Source of the DNA: Staphylothermus hellenicus DSM 12710
GTDB lineage: Archaea > Thermoproteota > Thermoprotei_A > Sulfolobales > Desulfurococcaceae
Reading direction: 5' to 3'
Assembly: GCF_000092465.1 (NCBI RefSeq)
Contig: NC_014205.1
Coordinates: 390,001 to 422,000 of the forward strand
Length of the DNA stretch: 32,000 nucleotides
Shown here: piece after piece, positions 1-6,913 of the stretch
Numbering within the stretch: position 1 is the first letter of the stretch
Layout: each line of letters begins with the position of its first letter
Translations under genes and position numbers: made by a program
Notes under the pieces: model-generated
The model's input: the letters and a program-made list of their open reading frames with translations, nothing else
Told to the model about the DNA's origin: nothing
Database searches by the model: none

Positions 1-515
1 TATGTTAATATAATGAGTAATCCAACTATAGCCGCAATTGTTAGAGCAACGAGTGCGTCAGAAAAACTTGTAAGCAATGGATCGCCTAGAATAAGCGCTG
101 TAAGATCAAATTCTATGGGATAATTAACTAATACGTAATAAGCAAAAATAACGCTGCCAGCAGCAGCGAATCCTACGAAAACAGCTGTCGCTATATCTGT
201 ATTTATTCCTTTATAGATGCTGTAGCCGACAATGTATATGAGCAGTAAACCTATAATAATAGATAAGATGAACTGTGCACCACTAAATAAGTAGTATGCG
301 AGAGGAATAGATAAGACGACAGCGAATAATGCTGCGTGCGGCGATGCCCCCGCTAAGAAATATAGTTTCCTAACAGATACGATATTACTCATAAATCCAT
401 AAGCTATTCCTGCAGAAACCATTACTATAACCCATACAGGATTATAAACAATGGATAAAAGAATCCCGTATAGTATAATTAATATTATTAATACAATGTA
501 TAGTTTATCCTTCAT
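1..515 (-). CDS. Metal-ion ABC transporter permease (ABC-3 / ZnuB-TroC-MntB type); 3' end runs off the left window edge
   Basis: The minus-strand frame is open from ATG (515-513) to position 1. My translation is MKDKLYIVLIILIILYGILLSIVYNPVWVIVMVSAGIAYGFMSNIVSVRKLYFLAGASPHAALFAVVLS...LILGDPLLTSFSDALVALTIAAIVG. It is polytopic-hydrophobic and resembles ABC-3 permeases. A TAATG stop/start overlap links it to the binding-protein gene upstream. Confidence 0.7.
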   Translation of the reverse strand, partial: MKDKLYIVLIILIILYGILLSIVYNPVWVIVMVSAGIAYGFMSNIVSVRKLYFLAGASPHAALFAVVLSIPLAYYLFSGAQFILSIIIGLLLIYIVGYSIYKGINTDIATAVFVGFAAAGSVIFAYYVLVNYPIEFDLTALILGDPLLTSFSDALVALTIAAIVGLLIILT

Positions 516-1576
516 TATGGATTCCTCCTAATTATTTCATAAATAGTTAGAGCAGCTATAATTGAGCCTATTATGAATAGAACCAAGTCATAATAATATT
601 TAGACAAGAAAATATTTGTTCCAGCTATACTGCCGGACGAAGTATTACTGCTTATATTAATATTAATAAACGATTTATTCTCGGATAAACCAATTACTTC
701 TTTACTTATAACAGCTAGTTTAGCTGGAATAGGTTGTTGTGTGAGGGGTGAGGGCACATGTATTATGGGGATAGAGTATTTATTCGCTAGTTCGAGTAGT
801 TTCTTCGATGCTTGCGATACAGCTGGCTCTGTTACTATTGCTGCTTGTATCGTCTTGTTTTTTATGCCGTTTTCAACATTTATGAGGTCTTGAGGAGTCA
901 TTTGTACACCGTGCTCTTTTATCAGGAGATATCTAATATCGATCCCGAGCCATTCAACCGAATAAACAGTTACAGGAGTATCTGCTACACCAACAATGTT
1001 TAACTGAGGGGTTTCAGCAATAATACTTGATACATTTTTAATTATTTCCTTTGCCTTATTCAAATAATATGTTTTATACTCTGGATTTAGCTCGCCCATT
1101 TTTTGTGCAACATATTTTATGAATACAATATAATTGAATGGATCATAGATGATCATGTGATAACTAGGCATATGGGTGGCTGGGTTTTCACGAATAATTA
1201 TTCCTGGAATATACGGTATTTCTACTAAGACTCCTTTAAGTTTCCCCTCAACATAGAGGTCATGTATTCTCTTCTCAAATGGTGCATGTGCAAGAGATAT
1301 TATTATATCTGCTTTCTCAAGATCCTCCACGTTTTTAGGCGTTAAACTATATTCATGGGGATCTATTCCCTGCGGAGCTACGGATACTACTTGGTCATTG
1401 TCAGCAGTTAATTGTTTAATATCGCTGATAAGATTAGGGAATGATACCACTATGAATAATCCTTTTACAGTATTAATGCTGTGGATGTTGATGCTATAGA
1501 CTGGTATGGTATTGAATAGTAAAGCTGTTGTAATTAATAGTATGGCGATGTATGCTTGCAATAGCTGTATCTTCAT
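515..1576 (-). CDS. Metal (Zn/Mn-type) ABC transporter substrate-binding protein, ZnuA/TroA family, membrane-anchored
   Basis: 353-aa ORF with an N-terminal signal-like helix. 'GIDPHEYSLTPKNVEDLEKADIIISLAH' matches the DPHxY..P.....ADl hallmark of cluster A-I metal-binding proteins. A C-terminal hydrophobic helix (LVLFIIGSIIAALTIY) is typical of archaeal binding proteins. It is flanked by the matching permease and ATPase genes. Confidence 0.75.
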   Translation of the reverse strand: MKIQLLQAYIAILLITTALLFNTIPVYSINIHSINTVKGLFIVVSFPNLISDIKQLTADNDQVVSVAPQGIDPHEYSLTPKNVEDLEKADIIISLAHAPFEKRIHDLYVEGKLKGVLVEIPYIPGIIIRENPATHMPSYHMIIYDPFNYIVFIKYVAQKMGELNPEYKTYYLNKAKEIIKNVSSIIAETPQLNIVGVADTPVTVYSVEWLGIDIRYLLIKEHGVQMTPQDLINVENGIKNKTIQAAIVTEPAVSQASKKLLELANKYSIPIIHVPSPLTQQPIPAKLAVISKEVIGLSENKSFININISSNTSSGSIAGTNIFLSKYYYDLVLFIIGSIIAALTIYEIIRRNP

Positions 1577-1600
1577 CGTAAAACACCCTTTATTACTAAA

Positions 1601-1642
1601 GTGTGCACAGAAATATATATTTATCCCTCATGACTGTGCATA
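1601..1642. promoter_or_regulatory. Divergent promoter region with an inverted repeat (TGCACAG-N23-CTGTGCA) bracketing an A/T TATA-like core; candidate metal-repressor operator
   Basis: TGCACAG at 1604-1610 and its reverse complement CTGTGCA at 1634-1640. The spacer contains aaatatatatttat. The element lies in the 70-bp gap between the divergently transcribed binding-protein and ATPase genes. Confidence 0.4.
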
Positions 1643-1646
1643 AAAA

Positions 1647-2429
1647 ATGGGGAGAAAAATGGTGAGCATTACAGTAGAAAACCTAACAGCTGGATATGGC
1701 AAATATATTGTGCTAAAAAACCTATCATTTAAACATGAAGGACCTGGATTGATACAAGTGCTGGGACCCAATGGTGCTGGTAAAACAACACTACTTAGAA
1801 CAATTCTGGGATTAATTAAGCCTATGGAAGGGAGGATAACTATAAATGGCGAGGATGTGACAGGGAATCCGAGTAGAGTCGGGAAATATGTTGGATACGT
1901 TCCTCAAACAACCGGGTTATCGGAGCCGGATTATCCATTAACAGTTATGGAGCTTATAGAGTGTTGCTATGTATTAAGAAAGCCTTGGCCAAGAATGCTT
2001 GTTAAGAGCAGGGAAAAAGAACGTATTATGAAAATCCTTGAAATGGTTGGTTTACCACGGGAAGTATGGGATAAGAATTTCTGGGATCTCTCTGGGGGTC
2101 AGAAGCAGAGAGGCTATCTTGCTAGAGCATTAGTTCATGATCCATTAATACTATTAATGGATGAGCCGTTCTCAAACATTGATCCAAATGGTAGAGTAGA
2201 TTTAGCGGAGCTGATAGGGAAGTTGAGTAGGAATAAATTAGTTATTGCGACAAGCCATGATCCAATGCTTCTGTTAAAGTATACAACGAAAATACTATTG
2301 GTTAATAGGGAAACCTATGTTTATGGTTCGCCAGAGGAGGTTTTGAGGAAGGATATTGCTGAAAAAATATATGGAAAAGCAGTATTAGAGGTTAGAGAGC
2401 ATATCCACATTATTGATTCTCATCGTTAA
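1647..2429 (+). CDS. Metal ABC transporter ATP-binding protein (ZnuC-like)
   Basis: Walker A GPNGAGKTT, signature LSGGQKQR, Walker B LLLMDEP, H-loop SHD. An alternative start is ATG 1659 (MVSITVENL). Confidence 0.85.
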   Translation: MGRKMVSITVENLTAGYGKYIVLKNLSFKHEGPGLIQVLGPNGAGKTTLLRTILGLIKPMEGRITINGEDVTGNPSRVGKYVGYVPQTTGLSEPDYPLTVMELIECCYVLRKPWPRMLVKSREKERIMKILEMVGLPREVWDKNFWDLSGGQKQRGYLARALVHDPLILLMDEPFSNIDPNGRVDLAELIGKLSRNKLVIATSHDPMLLLKYTTKILLVNRETYVYGSPEEVLRKDIAEKIYGKAVLEVREHIHIIDSHR

Positions 2430-2432
2430 TAA

Positions 2433-3527
2433 CTAGTAATCTATAATGTAGGCGGTGCCGAATTTTCCAAGCCTTACTTTATCACCAGGCTTTCCACTTA
2501 CTGGAATAATTCTTGTTGATAACGGTTTTTGTTTAACCATCCAGACACTATATGTGTCTAGCAAGAATCTCCACAGCTTCTCCTGATCACGAGGTACTAC
2601 CAGCATATCTGGGCCTGCTACACATGTGGTTGTATATAATAATAGATGGTGAGCTTTCAACAAGCCTTTTCCACCGGCATCTATTAATACGGAATCCTCT
2701 GCATATGGTAGCATTACTTCATTGTATCCCTTCGCAAAACCTATTCTCCTTGAAACATTCTTGATTAAATCGTTAAGTAAATATACTCCGTAATTAAACC
2801 CTGGTGTGAGCAGTTTATAACCCATAGTCTCTATTAAGTCAACAACGCTTTTCTCCATCCATGGAGAAATACTATAGTCAACAACGAATCTATAATGGCC
2901 AATACTTATGTTTCGCAATGTATTGATGATCCCAGATATTTTTTGGGAAATCCTTTCCTCGACTGCTTTTAATGAGTGAGTCTCCTCTATTATTCTTTTA
3001 ATAATGTGTGGGTATAGGAAAGCTATTCCTAACCCTAGTTCTCCACTACTAGTTGAGTCGGGAAAATACGGTGTCTCCAACGGATCTTTATGGTATGCAA
3101 TAGATACTCTAGTAGCTAGTAATGGATCCTGATCAGCCAATGAAATAATGAGTCTCGATAATTTATATGAGTACTCCACAGGGTTCCTATATAATCCATA
3201 TATTGGGAAATAATATCCTCTACTAGTAATATCAATGGCTAATTCTTCATCAATATCTTCGACATCTATTGCTCCAACTGAGAGGAGAGTATCTTTAACA
3301 TCTATGCTGTCTAGTATCTTTTTTATGAGATCAATGCTTAGCCTCGGCAAGGATATTCTTGTAGTAAACACTTCATAGCCGTTTTCCTCAAAGCTCTTCT
3401 TAACTATTCCAAGCATATCTTTAGCAATATTTATTGATTCTAATACCTCATCATATGCTTCTTCTTTAGGCTTATAAGCAAAAACTGTTATCGATCTAAT
3501 AATAGGCTTCAATATGCATCCCCGCAT
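2433..3527 (-). CDS. DUF711 / UPF0210 family protein
   Basis: 364-aa ORF. The C-terminal block 'TTTCVAGPDMLVVPRD...TRIIPVSGKPGDKVRLGKFGTAYIIDY' parallels the conserved UPF0210 C-terminus (C.CSVGLDMIAIPGDT...RIIP.PGK.VGD.V.FGGLLG), recalled from the MJ1665-type family. Confidence 0.7.
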   Translation of the reverse strand: MRGCILKPIIRSITVFAYKPKEEAYDEVLESINIAKDMLGIVKKSFEENGYEVFTTRISLPRLSIDLIKKILDSIDVKDTLLSVGAIDVEDIDEELAIDITSRGYYFPIYGLYRNPVEYSYKLSRLIISLADQDPLLATRVSIAYHKDPLETPYFPDSTSSGELGLGIAFLYPHIIKRIIEETHSLKAVEERISQKISGIINTLRNISIGHYRFVVDYSISPWMEKSVVDLIETMGYKLLTPGFNYGVYLLNDLIKNVSRRIGFAKGYNEVMLPYAEDSVLIDAGGKGLLKAHHLLLYTTTCVAGPDMLVVPRDQEKLWRFLLDTYSVWMVKQKPLSTRIIPVSGKPGDKVRLGKFGTAYIIDY

Positions 3528-3646
3528 TTTTATATTAAAAGTGTTGCTTAAATCTAAGAATGATCTTGGGGGATATTAAACCCTATTATTAATGAAGTTG
3601 ATAAGCTATCTTAATATATCTTATTTATTGACAACTATTATAGGGG

Positions 3647-4189
3647 TTGGAATTGTTACTGAAAATATTCAGGGGCAACATATTTGTTCATGATACTTAT
3701 GTCTTCATTAATATATTTACATCTTCGCTTCTTAAAGAAATTCCTTTCCTTTATGCACCATTGAGTATTATCGATAAAAAGAAGAGAACGCGGACAGTTG
3801 AGATTTTATTATCAACACCTACTTCTGGAGAAGATGTTAGAAATGTTTTGAAGGATAAGTTTTATGATAGAATTGAGAGAATTAGGGAGGAAGGAGTAGA
3901 TCTGGAGAGAGCTAAGCAATTGTTATCAAATGTTAAATCATATCCTAGCATTGAATACATGTTTAGAGCTTTTCCACGGGAACTTCTGGAATATTTTGTT
4001 AAAAACAACTATATATGGTTGATCCCATTTAAGGAGATTTATAGATTAATTACCGACGGCAAGATCATCGAGATCCTCTATAGATCCCCTATACTAAATA
4101 ATAGAAGAATTGTTAGGCTTAGATATGATCAGGAGTTATATGAATTACTTAAAACACTCTGCATATTCAATAATAATCCTCGTTGTTGA
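3647..4189 (+). CDS. Hypothetical protein (180 aa), first gene of the 3647-6494 cluster; start uncertain (TTG)
   Basis: ORF track only. No motif recognised. The C-terminal half (YIWLIPFKEIYRLITDGKIIEILYRS..RRIVRLRYD) looks like helix plus beta-hairpin (possible winged helix), which is speculative. A 12-nt gap separates it from the next gene. Confidence 0.45.
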   Translation: MELLLKIFRGNIFVHDTYVFINIFTSSLLKEIPFLYAPLSIIDKKKRTRTVEILLSTPTSGEDVRNVLKDKFYDRIERIREEGVDLERAKQLLSNVKSYPSIEYMFRAFPRELLEYFVKNNYIWLIPFKEIYRLITDGKIIEILYRSPILNNRRIVRLRYDQELYELLKTLCIFNNNPRC

Positions 4190-4201
4190 AGGTGGATATT
4201 T

Positions 4202-5395
4202 ATGTCTATAGATAATTTATTATCTGAAAGAATACGTTCAGGTAATTTTTCGATAAAAGATTTAGAGGTTCTAATGGAATCCATTGATAAGTTAAAGTTT
4301 CAACCATTAACTGTGAGAAATATGTTTCTCAAGGTTTTCGAGTCAAAGGAATCTATTCATAGATTGTTAGAACTAGTTCTTAGCGATCCAGATAGTTTTT
4401 ATGAGTTATTATCAAGGTATCACGTATTAGTTGAGAATACTGGCACAGTTCTATATAAGGCATATATAGTTTCTGCATTGAAAAAATATGGTTTAAACCC
4501 TAAGCCTGCACCATTAATTGAGAAAGCAATATATTCTCTCATAGAAGCACATCATTATATCTCACTATATAATCCATTAGTTATGCTATATATTGCTCTT
4601 AACAAGCCTAGCTCTCTGAGAAACGCAGTGATTAAGCCTATGGCTGATAAAATAGAACTGTATGAGGCTAATCCCAACTCTAGCAACCTATATGTTTTCA
4701 GAGACGCAGTATTGTTTATATCAATAATAATTGATCCTCAAGGAGTGATTCCTCTACTATATAATGGATACGAATATGAATGGATAATAGACCTTATCGA
4801 AAAATCTGGGATCAAGGTTTTGGAGCCTACAAAGAAGCTCATATTGACAAGCTATCTTAGAGTATTAAAAGGACTTTCAGAATCACTCCGAGCAATTACC
4901 CGAGGTCTTAATAGCCTTGAGAATTTTGAGAAAGATCTCTATTATATTGGTAGCGCTAGAATGGCGGTAGAAGTTTTGGAAACATATATAGAATTCACTA
5001 GATCATACTCTGAGAAAAGCTTGAAGAGAATAATTAGTTTAATGAATGGATTAATAGGAGCAGGTTTCAGCAATGTCTACGAGACTATAACATATATTCT
5101 TGGAAAGGAACTGGATTCTGCAGCATTCATTCGATCAAATAAATACTTATTAACAGCATTCCTACTTGAAATGAGCCTATTAAGTAAAATGTATGAGGAT
5201 GGTTTAATAGAAGAGTTCGATACATATGAATACTTGGAAAAACTTGTTGGCATAGTATCTGATAAAATTAAACGAATCAAGAACGAAATAATTCTAATGC
5301 TCGATCAAGATCTCGAACCTTATAGGACTTTGAAGATTAGAGTTCTCGAAAATAGGGATAGCAGGTTTTTATCATGGCTAAAAACAGGAGAATAA
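4202..5395 (+). CDS. Hypothetical protein (397 aa), apparently all-alpha
   Basis: Long ORF with an ATG start, preceded by GAAGGTGGA (4189-4197, ending 4 nt before ATG 4202). No Walker, metal-cluster or nuclease motif recognised. Its 3' end overlaps the next ORF's ATG (5374) by 22 nt. Confidence 0.6.
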   Translation: MSIDNLLSERIRSGNFSIKDLEVLMESIDKLKFQPLTVRNMFLKVFESKESIHRLLELVLSDPDSFYELLSRYHVLVENTGTVLYKAYIVSALKKYGLNPKPAPLIEKAIYSLIEAHHYISLYNPLVMLYIALNKPSSLRNAVIKPMADKIELYEANPNSSNLYVFRDAVLFISIIIDPQGVIPLLYNGYEYEWIIDLIEKSGIKVLEPTKKLILTSYLRVLKGLSESLRAITRGLNSLENFEKDLYYIGSARMAVEVLETYIEFTRSYSEKSLKRIISLMNGLIGAGFSNVYETITYILGKELDSAAFIRSNKYLLTAFLLEMSLLSKMYEDGLIEEFDTYEYLEKLVGIVSDKIKRIKNEIILMLDQDLEPYRTLKIRVLENRDSRFLSWLKTGE

Positions 5396-5661
5396 CAATA
5401 ACTGTTAAGGGTAAAGAATCATATGATAAATGGACGCTTATACAGTGGATATATGAAATTAAAGATATCTTGGAGGAAGAATATAGTATTGAAATAAGTG
5501 TTTGAGAAGAAACTACAAGCCATGAATACCCAATTATTGCTGTTGAAGACATCGATGTATATGAGGGGCTTCCAGGTGAAGAGGGATATTTAATCGAGGT
5601 CCTGAAAAAAGTTCTAGACGAGCTTCTCCAGGGGGAAAGGAGAAAGGACAGGGAGATCTGA
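5374..5661 (+). pseudogene. Small thioredoxin-fold-like ORF (no CxxC) interrupted by an in-frame TGA at 5503-5505
   Basis: Hand translation: MAKNRRITITVKGKESYDKWTLIQWIYEIKDILEEEYSIEISV-TGA-EETTSHEYPIIAVEDIDVYEGLPGEEGYLIEVLKKVLDELLQGERRKDREI-TGA. Read together, the two halves follow a beta-alpha-beta...beta-beta-alpha pattern. The second half has no in-frame ATG/GTG/TTG. Confidence 0.4.
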
Positions 5662-6494
5662 GATTAATTGAGGGGGAAGCAATAGTATATAATGGAATAT
5701 TATGGCTAGTCAAGGGTTTTCAGCATCCAGTAAACAAAGTAATTGCTTATCCCAGATATGATTTAGTCAATAAGTCAAAGCTTACTAGATACCATAAAAT
5801 AAGATATATTAATAATTACTATTGGGACTGTATCAAGCTTAATGTACCAGTGATTGATTTAGAAAAAGCGAGGCCGTATTATGGTGTAAACAATTTTGCC
5901 GGCGAGGAAGCCGTTGAGGCATTAGCTCATTATCTAGGACTGTATAGGGATCAGTTATTGTTAACTGGTTCTTCCCTTATAGGTGATTATTCAAATGATA
6001 TAGATATAATCATTGCAGGGGCTGATCATGGGGTTGTGGATAAACTGTATGAGCTAGTGGAGGATAAGGTGTTTAACAGGATAAGCATGTATTTTCTTTT
6101 AAAAGAATATTTTAGTAAGCATAGTTCATCTATGGATATAAATACATATTTATATATTAAGGGAAACACTATTCTACACTTACAATATAATCGTAGACAT
6201 ATTAATTTAAAACTAGTTAAGTATTTGAGAGGAGTTAATGAATGCATTGAACCTGTTATTGATAGGCATTATTTCAGTGGAACTATCTTGGTTATAGATA
6301 GTATTGAACCATATGCTTTGCCTGCAAAATTCCATGTAAGAATCGGAGATGAATACTTTATTCTTGAAACATATAGGGAGCTGTTCTCCGAGCTTAAACC
6401 GGGAAAATACTATGTTCAGGGCTATATAGAAGTTAGAGATGATTATAAGGTATTAAACATAGATCATGGTTTTATAAGGTTAGCTAAATTTTAA
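5658..6494 (+). CDS. Pol-beta superfamily nucleotidyltransferase (archaeal COG1665-like predicted NTase); 5' boundary unresolved, first canonical start is GTG 5850
   Basis: NTase motif GSSLIGDYSNDIDIII (G-S-x10-D-x-D). The same frame is open back to 5580. It encodes ...LRLIEGEAIVYNGILWLVKGFQHPVNKVIAYPRY...YYWDCIKLNVPVIDLEKARPYY, which resembles the conserved N-terminal domain of this family (from memory). No in-frame ATG/GTG/TTG lies between 5580 and 5849. Confidence 0.65.
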   Translation: MRLIEGEAIVYNGILWLVKGFQHPVNKVIAYPRYDLVNKSKLTRYHKIRYINNYYWDCIKLNVPVIDLEKARPYYGVNNFAGEEAVEALAHYLGLYRDQLLLTGSSLIGDYSNDIDIIIAGADHGVVDKLYELVEDKVFNRISMYFLLKEYFSKHSSSMDINTYLYIKGNTILHLQYNRRHINLKLVKYLRGVNECIEPVIDRHYFSGTILVIDSIEPYALPAKFHVRIGDEYFILETYRELFSELKPGKYYVQGYIEVRDDYKVLNIDHGFIRLAKF

Positions 6495-6523
6495 ATGAGT
6501 TTTTAGCTTCAATAGTTCTAGAC

Positions 6524-6550
6524 TGTTAAGTTTATAAACATGTTTTAACA
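6524..6550. promoter_or_regulatory. TATA-containing nested palindromes upstream of the wHTH gene (candidate promoter/operator of the R-M cassette)
   Basis: TGTTAA (6524-6529) pairs with TTAACA (6545-6550). These enclose the palindromes GTTTATAAAC (6530-6539) and AACATGTT (6537-6544). TTTATAAA lies about 35 bp upstream of ATG 6573. Confidence 0.35.
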
Positions 6551-6572
6551 AAACTATACGTGAACGATAAAA

Positions 6573-6881
6573 ATGCTTAGCCCTGTCGGGGGACATGAAT
6601 ATATGAGCCTCAAAAAAGAATATAATGTATCAACTAAGCAGATAGAAATGATGGCTAAAATACTGAATATTATTAAAAATAAAGACATACCTGTTTTCAG
6701 TGTAAAGGATCTTATGAACGAGTATCCTTACTTAAGTTATAACTGTATATATATGAGATTGAAAAGGTTGGGGGAGAAAGGATTTGTTAAACGCATAACT
6801 AGGGGAGGATACATTGTTACTGAAAAGGGCAAAGAATTCATACAGGAAATAGAGAAAATGCTATCCAAAACGAGATTATAG
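6573..6881 (+). CDS. Small winged-helix DNA-binding protein (possible controller of the adjacent R-M genes)
   Basis: 102-aa ORF; the alternative ATG 6603 gives MSLKKEY. The segment 'FSVKDLMNEYPYLSYNCIYMRLKRLGEKGFVKRITRGGYIVTEKG' has the helix-turn-helix plus beta-wing pattern of MarR/ArsR-like wHTH domains. Confidence 0.55.
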   Translation: MLSPVGGHEYMSLKKEYNVSTKQIEMMAKILNIIKNKDIPVFSVKDLMNEYPYLSYNCIYMRLKRLGEKGFVKRITRGGYIVTEKGKEFIQEIEKMLSKTRL

Positions 6882-6913
6882 AGATAAATATCAAACAAGA
6901 GGTGTCGATAGTA

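Noticed and set aside
5503-5505. Selenocysteine decoding of the in-frame TGA
   Set aside because: The codon is not at a redox-active or CxxC-equivalent position, and I see no stem-loop resembling an archaeal SECIS nearby. Sec usage in archaea is known essentially from methanogen lineages, not crenarchaea. Readthrough or a nonsense mutation is more plausible.
5337-5552. 71-aa minus-strand ORF overlapping the small TGA-containing ORF
   Set aside because: It was considered as an alternative explanation for the open frames here. However, the plus strand gives a fold-like pattern and operon coupling, while the minus ORF is hydrophobic low-complexity with no start context.
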